A stretch of DNA of 64,000 bases from Macrostomum lignano (Eukaryota). Within the stretch, counting starts at the first letter, position 1. Each line of letters opens with the position of its first letter. The stretch lies in assembly GCA_002269645.1 (NCBI GenBank), contig NIVC01000977.1:124001-188000 (forward strand). The letters run 5' to 3'. This document shows positions 37,745-50,400 of the stretch, piece after piece. The notes under the pieces are model-generated. The model saw nothing but the letters and a program-made list of their open reading frames with translations. It was not told where the DNA came from and ran no database searches. The position numbers were made by a program, and so were the translations under genes.

Positions 37745-39857
37745 GACAACTCAATTGCGCCATATTGTGCAACTTCTGAGCGCCAAGGAAGGCTGCTTAG
37801 AGTGCATGGAGGCAGCAGAACAATTCCTATTCCAGATACTAGCAGTAGACAGAGTGCCTAAGATGTGACTGCGGCCCTATGCTTGCAGCAAAAGGCTGCA
37901 GCCACATCATTTGATTATGCCCATGGGCTAAATAGAGTAGCGCAGTGCGTCAAAGCAAAAGTGGTGTCATAGACTACGAGTGAAAGTCCTTAGGTAGCCG
38001 CCACATAGCTCCCCCCAGCACCAAGCTACTTGCTGAAGTGTACTCACCGACACTGCCAATGAGGCTATTGGCGACGCTGAACAATAGTTGGCAGCGCTGC
38101 TGGCTGTGTCATATCTGTGTGCTCGGTTGGCTGCCGAAGTGGCGAGTCTGTAGCTCTCCAACCGGTGTGAGGCAAAACGATACTGACTGGTGCCCACCTG
38201 GGTTGACCTCGAGGGCGTAGCGCTGGCTGTGGAATGGGATTAGCAGTGTTTAACAGCATAGGCTTTAACCTGTCCACACTGACTCAATCTTTCTAGGTGC
38301 CTAGATCTAACAGAAAGGCTTTGGCTTCTCACTCAATGACCTTGAATGGCCCATCATATGGTCTTTGCAATGCCGCATAGTGGCCATCTTGACAGACAAA
38401 TACGAATGTGCAGGTAATGAGGGCTGCGGGCTAAGCAGATGGATGGCTGCCGTGGTGCGCCATTGGCACTGGCCAAAAAGCTTGCACTGCTCTACGCACT
38501 TGCAGCAGGAACTGGTCGTAGCCCAGAGTGTCGGGTTGGCTGGGTAGTAGGCACTCTCTGTGTACGCTGATAGGTGCCCCGTACACCAACTCTCCTGATG
38601 ATGCTGGCAGATCTTCCTTGGGAGCCATGCAGATGCCGAGAAGCACCCAGGGCAGCTCATTGACCCATGTTGGTCCAGATAAGCATGCCATCAATGAAGC
38701 CTTTAATTGCCAATGAAAGCGCTCGACCAGCCTATTCGACTATGGGTGAAAAGCCATTGTCCAGTGCAGCTGCATTTCGAGTAGCCAGAAGCAGTTTGTC
38801 CACAGCTGTGAAGTGAACTGCGAGCCCCTTTCCAATGTAATGTCACTTGGCACGCCAAAGCGGGGTGACCCAATGGGAAATAAAAGCTGATGTACAGGCT
38901 GTTGCTGAAGTATCTGTCATGGGAATTGCATGGGAAGTAAAGCCGTCTATGATGGTAAACAAGTGAGTGAAACCCTGTGACTGCAGCAGCAGTCCTACCA
39001 GATCCATGTGGACATGGGCAAAATGCTGTCCAGGGACCCCAATGTCTTGATAGGTGCGGCGACATGTCGATGGACTTTAGCTCTCTAGCAAGCGACACAG
39101 GTCCAGGCCCACTGGGTGATGTCCCAGTTCATTTTTTCCCACACAAATTTTTCGGCCGCCAAATGGCACGTGCTATGAACCAATGGGTGCGCAAGGCCAT
39201 GAATTGCATCAAAAACAGCGCGGCAAAACTCTGGAGGCATGAGTGGGAGTGGCAGACTGGTAGAAGTGTCACACAACAACACCAGTCCTGGGCCGATCTC
39301 CACTTGCGCCAGCTGAAGGCTACTGCTTGTGTGAGCCACTGGGACCGCCTGTTGCGCCCTCGCCATCTCAAAGTTCACGCCGGGTAGCAACTGCGACTGA
39401 ACTGCTGCTGCCATACACTGAGAAAGCACGTCCGCTGCTGGGTTTTCTTTTCCTGCAATATGCTGGATATCCATTGTGAACTCGGATATGTAAGTTAAGT
39501 GTCGCTGCTGCCTGGCTGACCACTGATCCAAGATTTTTGACATAGCTATGACCAGTGGCTTGTGGTCTGTGAAAGCAGTGAAAACCGACCTTCTAGAAAG
39601 TAGTTTGGGAGGAAATCTGCGCCAATTAGTGGTCGGGAAACTGCTGCTAGAACAAAAGGCCACAAGCAATGCCAGATGCAAAGATCCAGAGTGAGCTGGC
39701 ATGTGCCAAAAGTCTGGATTTTACTGCCGTTGGCTGCATAGAGCGGTGGTCCTTGGCACTTCAGTTGGGTGTCTGTTCTGGCAACAGGGAAAATACTGAC
39801 CTCGGCGCCTTGGTGGTGTCATAGACTACAAGTGAAAGTCCTTAGGTAGCTGCTACA
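37745..39857 (-). mobile_element. Internally deleted, degenerate Ty3/Gypsy LTR retrotransposon
   Basis: RNase H C-terminus (FTDHKPL...RQQRHLTYISEF...HIAGKENPAADVLS), integrase HHCC zinc finger (IHGLAH...TCVAC) and frameshifted core (WVNELPWVLLG). 45-bp LTR start duplicated at 39857-39813 and 38005-37961 (TGT...). PPT GGGGGGAGCTA immediately before the 3' LTR. Left boundary approximate. Confidence 0.85.
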
Positions 39858-40519
39858 CTCTAGTACTAAAGTGAGCAGCTCGTAAAGCTGCAAACTTAGA
39901 AGCCTTGTTGCTCATTTCCAAAGCCTTGAATGCTTTGAAAGGATAGCATCACTCTCCTTATTATCATTATCAGCTTTATTAAAATGAATACTATTGCTAT
40001 CACTGCTTAGCACAGTCATTGTCAGCCAATTTGTTATCATTTTCATTCTCATTATTTTCCATTGTTGCAACATCCTGCTTTGTATGAACATATATGACCT
40101 ACGTGACACAATTTTTTTAAGTTTTGTTTCTAAAAATAGATGACAAAAATGCAGCTATATCATGCATATATCACATTATCATGTTATCTGATAATATAGC
40201 ATTGTAGTATAAATTATTGAACCTTACATATTGCATTTAAGACAAGATCAATATTAGAAATTAAGTTTTTGCTTCGAAATATTCTACTTTTTAGCAAGCT
40301 TTTAGCAAGATAGGAAAGTTACTTTTTTATTTTTATAAGTTTCATTTAATAAGGCAAAGGTCTCATAGACAAAGAGAAAGCAAGATAAAAAACAAATTGA
40401 ATATAGCTTAGGAAAAAGGCAAAGTAAAACAAATTAGAATATAAAAATGTAATAGTTCCCACAATTGTTAATGTCTATAAAAATATACAAGATTGCTGAC
40501 ATTCAAAACTTAAGGCACA

Positions 40520-40765
40520 TGATTTCTCTAGCATTCTTACAATGGATTTCAGGTCGAAATTTCTGCTTGACCTTTGCAAAAAAGCATGTTTTTCGAATAT
40601 TTAATGCCTTCAACATTGAGCAATTTCTTAGCCAAGATGCATGTACCGTCCCAGGAAAATTTCTGATCAAATGGTGCAAGTTTGAAGAAAGTCGGTTGAG
40701 CCATTTTTTCTGAAATCTATCTCACACATACACACAGACATTTCATTTTTAGTATATTGGACTAG
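40520..40765 (+). mobile_element. HINE/Helitron-like repeat, partial copy B
   Basis: Matches the 3' half of copies A and C. Ends TTTTAGTATATTGGACTAG followed by a CCCCC-GAT-GGGGG hairpin. Confidence 0.5.
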
Positions 40766-40904
40766 CAATCTTCGCCCCCCGATGGGGGACATCTAGATAA
40801 AATCTCTGTTCTCTACAAGTATCAATAAGATGGCCAAACAAAGCCTTCACATAGTCAATAGAAAAACTGCTCAGATGAAGTGCAATGCAAAAAGAAAACA
40901 TCCT

Positions 40905-41255
40905 AAGACAACAAGCATCCCCCCAGATGGCAAGCACCTGCAGATAGCAAGCACCCCCCAGATAGCAGGCACCCCCCAGATAGCAAGCACCCCCCAGATA
41001 GCAAGCATCCCCCCAGATAGCAAGCATCCCCCAGATAGCAGGCACCCCCCCCCCCCCCAGATAGCAAGCATCCCCCAGATAGCAAGCACCCCAGATAGCA
41101 AGCACCCCCAGATAGCAGGCACCCCCAGATAGCAGGCACCCCCAGATAGCAAGCACCTCCAGATAGCAAGCACCCCCAGATAGCAAGCACCACCAGATAG
41201 CAAGCACCCCCAGATAGCAGGCTCTCCCAGATAGCAAGCACCCCCAGATAGCAGG
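40905..41255. repeat. ~17-bp minisatellite
   Basis: Unit CCCCCAGATAGCAAGCA. Confidence 0.92.
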
Positions 41256-42790
41256 CGACATGGTGGCTCTTTAATGTTAGACATGGTGGCTCTTCTATGT
41301 TTGACATGGTGGCTCTTCTATTTTTGACATGGTGGCTCTTTAATGTTCGACATGGTGGTTCTTTAATGTTCGACATGGTGGTTACTTAATGTTTGACATG
41401 GTGGCTCTTTAATGTTCTACATGGTGGCCCTTTAATGTTCGACATGGTGGCTCTTTACTGTTAGACATGGTGGCTCTTTAATGTTCGAAATGGTGGCACT
41501 TTAATGTTTGACATCATGCCAGATTTATGTTTGACATGGTGGCTCTTTAATGTTCGACATGGTGGCTCTTTTAGGTTTGACATGGTGGCTCTTAAATGTT
41601 TGACATGGTGGCTCTTAAACCTTTGACATGGTGGCTTCTAAATGTTTGACATGGTGGCTCTTTAATGTTCTTCATGGTGGCTCTTTAATATTCTACATAG
41701 TGGCTCTTTAATGTTCGACATGGTGGCTCTTTAATGTTCGAAATAGTGGCTCCTTAATGTTCTTCATGGTGGCTCTTTTTTGTTCGACATAATGGCTCTT
41801 TTTTGTTATACATGGTAACTCTTTATGTTTGATACGGTGGCTTTTTAATGTCTGACGTGTTGGCTCTTTTATGTTTGACATGGTGGCTCTTTAATGTTCG
41901 ACATGGTGGCTCTTTAATGTTCGAAATGGTGGCTCTTTAATGTTTGACATAAACTTCGTAAAGTTCATAAATTAATGTTTGACGTAAAGCCATTTGACAT
42001 AGTGGCTCTTAAATGTTTGACATGGTGGCTCTTAAATGTTTGACATGGTGGCTCTTTTTAATATCTGACATGGTGGCTCTTCTATGTTTAACATGGTGGC
42101 TCTTTAATGTTTGACATGGTGGCTCTTTAATGTTTAACATGGTGGCTTTTGAATGTCTGACATGGTGGCTTCTAAATCTTTGAAATGGTGACTCTTTAAT
42201 ATTTTACATGGTGGCTCTTTTTTGTTCGACATGGTAAACTCTTTTATGTTTGATACAGTGGCTTTTTAATGTCTTACATGTTGGCTCTTTTATGTTTGAC
42301 ATGGTGGCTCTTTAATGTTCGACATAGTGGCTCTTTAATGTTTGACATGGTGGCTCTTTAATGTTTGAAATGGTGGCTCTTTTATGTTCGACATGGTGGC
42401 TCTTTTAGGTTTGACATGGTGGCTCTTTAATGTTTAACATGGTGGCTCTTTAATGTTCTTCATGATGTAGCTCTTTTATGTTACACATGGTGGCACTTTA
42501 ACGTTCGACATGGTGGCTCTTAAATGTTTGACATGGTGGCTCTTAAATGTTTGACATGGTGGCTCTTAAATGTTTGACATGGTGGCTCTTAAATGTTTGA
42601 CATGGTGGCTCTTAAATGTTTGACATGGTGGCTCTTAAATGTTTTGACATGTTGGCTCTTTAATGTTCGAAATGGTGGCTCTTTAATGTTCGAAATGGTG
42701 GCTCTTTTATGTTTGACATGGTGGCTCTTTTTTGTTTGACATGGTAACTCTTTTATGTTCGATATGTTGGCTCTTCTATGTTTGACATTG
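41256..42790. repeat. 23-bp minisatellite (diverged units)
   Basis: Unit GACATGGTGGCTCTTTAATGTT(C/T), about 65 copies, directly abutting the previous array. Confidence 0.95.
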
Positions 42791-42844
42791 CGCTTCTTTG
42801 ATGTTTAGCAGTTTTGTTATGTTTTTAAGGTGTTTTGATAAAAA

Positions 42845-43748
42845 AATCTTTTTGCACTACTAAGATTCGAACCCAGGTCGCTACATTAGCATTCCAGTCT
42901 GTTCGCATCAGGGCTATCTCTTTTCAATTGGAGAACATGAATTGTGGCCCTTATAATTCAATTCTTACAGCAAGTCAATTGGAGTAAAAAGTTATGACAT
43001 AATCAATTTCTCAGTCAGCCAGTATCAGTCTCACTTCAAGTTAGCAATATGGTTACGCAATTTAAATCATGTCGTGTGTGCATTTCTTCGGCACTGTTTT
43101 CAACTTGTTGTGATGCAATCTTTATCACAATCGGAATTCAGTCAGTCAGTTTTTTCTCTAGCATTCTTACAATGCATTTCAAGTCGAAAATTTGGCTTGA
43201 CCTTTGCAAAAAAAGCATGTTTTTCGAATATTTAATCCCTTTAACATTAAGCAATTTCTCAGCCAAGATGCATGTACCGTCCCAGGAAAATTTCTGATCG
43301 AATGGTGCAAGTTTGAAGAAAATCGGTTGAGCCAATTTTTCTGAAATCTATCGCATACCGACAGACAACTCATTTTTAGTATATGGGATAGACTAGCTAA
43401 TTAGAGCTGGCTGCCAGCAGCCAGAATAATTTTTTTATTGCCCCCTTTAAGTGGGGCCCCAGTGAGTTTTCTTATCAGTTGGCTCTGGCGCAATCAACTA
43501 AAATTGACTGAAGTTTCTTGCTGATAAAATTTGCATTGAAAAAGCACATTCAAGACAGTTTTTCAAATATTTAATCCCTTTAGCATTGAAGCAGATTAAA
43601 GAAATTTTAACCGTCTTCTTTCCAGACAATTTTGAATCTTTTGGCAAAAACGCGATCAAAATTGGTGAAGAATTGCTTGCTCTAGAGTGTTATGGACATT
43701 CAAGCAAGCAAGCATACAAACCTTAGAGATTTAGTATATTTGGACTAG
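42845..43748 (+). mobile_element. HINE/Helitron-like repeat, copy C plus tandem partial copy D
   Basis: Copy C 42845-43396 ends ...AATCGGTTGAGCC...ACAGACAAC...TTTAGTATATGGGATAGACTAG followed by a CTGGCTG/CAGCCAG hairpin. Copy D (about 43530-43748) ends CCTTAGAGATTTAGTATATTTGGACTAG. A further 3'-end copy lies at about 46250-46510. Confidence 0.5.
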
Positions 43749-43994
43749 CCATTTAGCCCCCCTCCGGGTGGCTTCTTAGCAGTTTAGCGCTTGTCTATAA
43801 GCAGTTTTGCACAGTCGCTGAGCAAATCTCACTAATCTCCGAGAAGTTCTGCAGTAGCAAATCTCTAAGCAGTTGTACACCAATTTTACTGAGACTAAAA
43901 AGTTCTAAAAAGTTACATTTCTTAATGTTTGAAACTTTGCAATGTCAATTCATTTATAGTTCTTTTATGATTATTCGTTATTTTCAAATCCTCA

Positions 43995-44730
43995 CCAGAT
44001 TAGCACTATTCTCCCACATTAGCCCTACACCCCCAGATTAGCCCCACTTCCCCAGATTAGCACTACTCCCCGTATTAGCCGCACACCCCCAGATTAGCCC
44101 CACTTCCCCCAGATTAGCACTACGCCCAGATTAGTACTGCGCCCAGATTAGCACTGCGCCCAGATTAGCACTCAGCCCAGATTCGCACTCAGCTCAGATT
44201 AGCACTCAGCCCAGATTAGCACTCAGCCCAGATTAGCACAGCCTAGATTAGCACTCAGCCCAGATTAGCACTCAGCTCAGATTAGCACTCAGACCAGATT
44301 AGCACTCAGCCCAGATTAGCACTCAGCCCAGATTAGCACTCAGCCTAGATTAGCACTCAGCCCAGATTAGCACTCAGCCTAGATTAGCACTCAGCCTAGA
44401 TTAGCACTCAGCCTAGATTAGCACTCAGCCCAGATTAGCACTCAGCCTAGATTAGCACTCAGCCCAGATTAGCACTCAGCCCGGATTAGCACTCAGCCCA
44501 GATTAGCACTACTTCTCCAGATTTGCACCACTCCGCAAAAATTCGCACTGCTACTTCCTCTAGATTAGCCCCAATCCCCCAGATTTGCACCACTCTGCAA
44601 AAATTCGCACCGCTACTTCCTCCAGATTAGCCCCAATCCCCCAGATTAGCCCCCCCACTCCTTTATAGTATTATAATTACTCCTTTATATTAGCCCCACT
44701 CCCTTAGATTAGCACCGTTCCCCAGATTAG
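43995..44730. repeat. 17-bp minisatellite
   Basis: Unit CCCAGATTAGCACTCAG with degenerate flanks. Confidence 0.92.
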
Positions 44731-45900
44731 CACCACTCCCAAACTGCTAAAAGGTGACTACTATTATTGCCTCAGAAGTTTAAAGTTAAACCCTCCCCAG
44801 AAATTGGCAGTTATCCCCACAACAACTCGAAATTATCCCTTCTAATTCCGCAAAACAGACTGCAGTCATACAACTCATTTGCACTCTACAACTTTTATTA
44901 TTATTATTCATTTTTCCCTCAGGGACCCAGAATTGTCCCTTCTGCAAGCTACAATTATTCACAGTTAGATATCCTCCTCAGAAGTCTGCCATTATTATCC
45001 TAGCAGTCTGCAGCTATCCCCTCGGCAGTTTGCAGTTTATACGCTCAATGCCTGCATGACAATGATTATTCTCACAGGTCACAAAGATAAATTCGCTGCT
45101 TCAACGCAGACTCGAACTGCCGACCTTCTGCTTAGCCTATGCCTGTTATTGCCTGTCTACAGTAACAGGCATAGCTAGGCTGCCTATTGACAGATGGTCA
45201 AAAAATCCTTATACTATTCAAAAAGTTCAGCAACTTCAGCAGTTCGAAGTTAACCTTTCCCGCAGAACAGACTGCAGTAATACTCTTAGCAGCCTGCAGT
45301 TGTCCACTTAGCCATCTACAACTTTCATGCCTGCAGTTATCCACTTTGCCGTCTACAACTTTTATTAACATCAGCAAACTACAATAATTCACTCAGCAGT
45401 CTGCAGTTATTGCCTCAACAACTTGCACTTAATACTTCACCGTTATTATCCACTTAAGACTCTCTAAATAGTTATCCCCTCAGCAGTTTGCAGCAATACA
45501 CTCATAAGTCTGGAGGAACTACGAGTACCTCAGCAATCAGTATCAGTATCAGTATCGGTATCAGCATCAGAATCCTTAGCAAACTGCAATGATCCTTTCA
45601 ACAATGTAGAAATTAGCTCAGCATTGTATGGCTTGCTAATCGATTTTCGATACATATCGGCAATCTTTTGCACCACTCAGCATTTAGCAATACCTCAGCA
45701 GTTTAGCAGCATCATCTGCAGTTAAGTAATTTAATTAATACTTCCATAGACCTAGATAATAACAATTATTGGGATCTTAGGATTTTACAAAATAAATTAT
45801 TGTAATTAATAAAAAAAATTTCAATTACAATTAATAAAAAAATGTTCAAAATTGTCGAGGCAGAAGCTACTAATAAATGAATTTATTTAATTTTAATTAT

Positions 45901-45982
45901 CCGCTGGGGAGGCGGACTCGAACCTTGGACCTTACGCCTAGCCTAAACCTAGTCCTAGTGCCTACACTGCGGCTATTCCGCC
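45901..45982 (-). pseudogene. tRNA-derived fragment (SINE head or tRNA pseudogene)
   Basis: Minus strand GGCGGAATAGCCGCAGTGTAGGCAC...GGTTCGAGTCCGCC has A-box-like (TAGCCGCAGTG) and B-box (GGTTCGAGTCC) motifs, but no proper anticodon stem could be formed. Confidence 0.5.
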
Positions 45983-47422
45983 TACTGATCGGAGGGCGCA
46001 AAAATCAGCCATATATGCTTCGGCACTGCAGTCAAATACATAGCAGTGATAGGCTGCTCAGTGTGCACAGGTTGTATGCAGGCAGAGCCAATGCACAGTT
46101 GAGTGAAATCTATTAATAGCAATTGTCTATGCAGTCCGCCAGTCAGCCAGAGTCAGAATGTACACACGCAGCCACTGAGCATTATTTTCCTCTCCCTTAT
46201 TGCAGCCAGTATTGAGGCGTGCACAGTGAACAGAGAAAAGTTGTGGCGCAATCTTAATTGGAATTGAAATTCAGTTAGTGAGATTTTGACCTTTTCTAGC
46301 CTCCCATTGAAAGCATTAAAAAAACTCGTTTTTCGATTATTTAACCATCTTCCCATTCGAATTTTTTAAATGCAATTACACCCACACAATCTCACAAGAA
46401 TTTGCAATTGAATAAAGCAAGTTTGAAAAAAATCGGTTCAGGCATTCAGGCTGTGGACTGGAATACCGGTCAGACAGACAGACAGACCTTAGAGATTTAG
46501 TATATTGTGAATTGTGAATGATGATGATGAATTAATGATGAGTGATGATGATGATGATTGGATGGATGGATTGGATAGATGGATGGATGTTAGGTTATTT
46601 TAGAAATGCAAAGGAATTTTATAATTTATTTGCTGCCAATTTTCCCATTTTTTCTATTTATAGTAAAAATGAAAGACTGTAACATTGTTGTTCATGACAA
46701 GATTTGATAAGATTTTTTAATATTTCCTGCTTGCAAAAACAGCAAAAAATCAGGAAGACAACTGCATATAGATGAATTCATAACTCTTGCATTGTAGTAG
46801 ATATCACTATGATTGATCATTTTAAATTTTTGGATGAAACAATGTCTTGCCATGTCTTACCATATCTGGTTGGATCTTAGGTGTTCAATAAGAATTACTT
46901 TGCGAATTACTTTGATAGGTTTTTACCACAAATGCAAACTCACTGATTACAAGGTCTATATCAATATCTATATTATATTATATATGAAAATTAGGATAGA
47001 GGTCAGTTAGTTTTTTAGTTACCAGTTTTTTTAAACAAATCATTTTAACTAATACCTTTACATAAACCTTAGAAGTACCTTTAGGAATAAATTACAATTT
47101 CTAATGGTGTCTTTAATCTGTCTTTTACATGCACTTTTGGCTAATTATTTATGTCTATTGAATAATTGTCAAACAAAAGCTGCTAACTCCCCTGAGTCTT
47201 GCTTGGATGTTGCTAATTGTTGGTCTCATATTTCATTGCTCACAAAATTATTTCATTGGTTTTTTTTAATGCATGCTTCTTGTATTAGACTTCGTCTTTA
47301 CTCTCAGCTCAGGTGTTCAAGACATCTAATTGAAAGTCAAGCGGGAGCGGCATAATTGAGAAAACATAAGTCTATCTACGAGCAGTCAGAGTGGATATTG
47401 TTGCGGCTGTTTATCAAGATCC

Positions 47423-50400
47423 ATGGAATCTGGTAGCGGGTCCAAAAAGGCTGACTTCATTGTCGGCAGCAAGTACAAGTTGACTAGAAAGATTGGCAGC
47501 GGATCCTTTGGCGAAATCTATCTAGGCGTCAGCGTCATCAATGGCGAGGAGGTTGCGGTGAAACTTGAACCAGTCACTGCCCGACATCCACAGCTGCTCT
47601 ATGAGAGCAAGGTGTACAAGATTCTCCAGGACGGTATTGGTATTCCTACCATCAGGTAAAGTGTCTAAAGTTTTATATGACATTTACTTGCATGCCAAGT
47701 TTAATCACTGATCACTGAATCTTAAATATCCAAGGGCCACTGAACTATACCAGGATATAAAACTTAAAGATTGTGTAATTTTTTTGGAGGCCTATTTCCT
47801 GGGAAAAATGATTTTTCCTATCTCCGCAGTGCATTTTTTTCCGGGAAATAGGCCTTCAAAAATTACACAATCTTTGTGATCTGCGTCCTGCTATACTGCA
47901 GTGTTCCTTTCAAACAGCTTTCACCCAGCTTAAATAATCTAAGAAATTTGAAAGTCTTAGACTCTAGTGGTACAGTATTTCCATTATGAATAGATCGGGT
48001 CATTGATATTGTTAGTAGCTAGAATGGTATCGAATATCAGAAATGCATATGCCATTTGTGCATCGCAGTTCGAAAATAAGACTGCTCATTTTACATTAAA
48101 AAACTGCTGAGCACAGACATTAAAATGAACTGAGACTAATCTGCATATTTATGGTCCTAAACTCATGCCATTCCGCCTGCAATCTGCAGTGTGGCAGAGT
48201 TCGGACAAAGCAAAGAATAGAACGTGACTGCGCAGATATTTAAACCATTGGTAATTGGAATGTAGATCAATTCCCCCATTTCGGCATTATGTGGCTAAAT
48301 AAACTTCTAGAATAATATAAGAAAAAAAATGAACTAGATTATTATGATGTGTTCCTTACTACCAAGACTTTCTTAGTAATCAAAGAACAATCACTTCTAG
48401 CTACTGCTAGGCAACCCAGTAATCAAATGAAGGTACCTCTTACCTTGAGTCCTGTCTTGGAGAGCTCTTTCTTGTTTTGCAATTCTCGGACTTCTGGACT
48501 CGTTAGACGTCTATGTTTCGTAAACCAGGTACACGTTCCTTTACTTCCACTGAAGTCGTTTCCGGCCGGTATCTGCAGTCAGGACCAATCAGAAGCTTCG
48601 TGTTATCGATGGGGGATCCCTGCGCCTTAATGCGGTTTCAAATAAGCCTCCTCCTTCTAGCGGTGTCTTAATGCACCCTAGGTATAGCTCCGGTATTTAC
48701 TGATAGTCCTCTAAGATCTATTAGGGTAGTCCTTCCAGAGACTACAACCAATAAGTCTCAACAGACTCAAACACCTGGCGCAAATGAGTAAGACTTACCG
48801 CAAGAACTCGACCGAGTCTCGAATTACTTGGTCGGAAGGAAGTCCTTTGGAGGCTTCCTCTCGGAGCTCTTCTTCCTTCTGGAAGGCAAAAATCTTGAGC
48901 TCCGGTCCGCTCTGGACCACTTGTACAGTATTTATAGGCAATCGGACCCCACATGAGGTCATTGAGTCCATTGTCTTAAATGTCAAAGGTTCACGGATTG
49001 GTTGCTGTCAAACATGGCAGGTTAGAAAGTTACTCCATTGGTTTAGTGTGAGCATGCATGATTGGTTACCGTAGCCGAGTTATTTTAATTTTAGATACTT
49101 TTGATTGGTTCATCCGAGCGCAGGCTGAATGATGCATCGCAACTGGGGTTTGAGCTGACAATCGCGGGTCACACGTGATTGGGTGATTTCTAAAATTAGC
49201 ATGCTCGAGATTTCTCTCTTCCTATTGGTTGATTCAAATATATGTATGGTTCAGCGCATATCTTTCTATACATGCTACTCATTTTACTACTATATAAGTA
49301 GTACGTTAACAATTTTATCACTTGTGGGAGGTGAGAGTTGAGAGTGACAGAAGAGAAATGAAGTGTTCTGTTGGTTCTGATTCTTTTCAAGGGATAATCT
49401 CGAAATTCGATATCCAATTGTGCAGCAAATGCTTTTTGGTTCAAATGTTGCATGTACCGAATGCCACACAATCTTGTGCCAACGCCAGGTGGTACGGTCA
49501 GGATGGCCTGAAAAACCAATACAACTGCCTTGTGATGGACCTGCTCGGCCCCAGCCTGGAGGATTTGTTCACCTTCTGTTCGCGCCGCTTCACTATGAAA
49601 ACTGTGCTGATGCTGGCCGATCAGATGCTCTGCCGGGTGGAGTTTGTGCATAATAAGAATTTCATTCACCGGTAATGCAAGCATTGACGTGGTTGTGAAA
49701 TCTGGCTTTAGATTTACTGAGACCGCCGCCTCGCTCCTACAACTCTCACGCTGTGGGCTACTGCCGCCTTCCCGATCCCCAGTTGCCTGGCCAGCCTCCC
49801 AGATCCCCAGTTGCCTGGCCAGCCTCCCAGATCCCCAGTTGCCTGGCCAGCCTCCCAGATCCTCAGTTGCTGGGCCAGCCTCCCAGATCCCCAGTTGCCT
49901 GGCCAGCCTCCCAGATCCTCAGTTGCTGGGCCAGCCTCCCAGATCCCCAGTTGCTGGGCCAGCCTCCCAGATCCCCAGTTGCTAGGCCAGCCTCCCAGAT
50001 CCTCAGTTGCTGGGCCAGCCTCCCAGATCCCCAGTTGCTGGGCCAGCCTCCCAGATCCCCAGTTGCCTGGCCAGCCTCCCAGATCCTCAGTTGCTGGGCC
50101 AGCCTCCCAGATCCTCAATTTCTGGGCCAGCCTCCCAGATCCTCAGTTGCTGGGCCAGCCTCCCAGATCCTCAGTTGCTGGGCCAGCCTCCCAGATCCTC
50201 AGTTGCTGGGCCAGCCTCCCAGATCCCCAGTTACTGGACCAGCCTCCCAGATCCTCAGTTGCTGGGCCAGCCTCCCAGATCCCCAGTTGCCTGGCCAGCA
50301 TCCCAGATCCTCAGTTGCTGGGCCAGCCTCCCAGATCCTCAATTTCTGGGCCAGCCTCCCAGATCCTCAGTTGCTGGGCCAGCCTCCCAGATCCTCAGTT

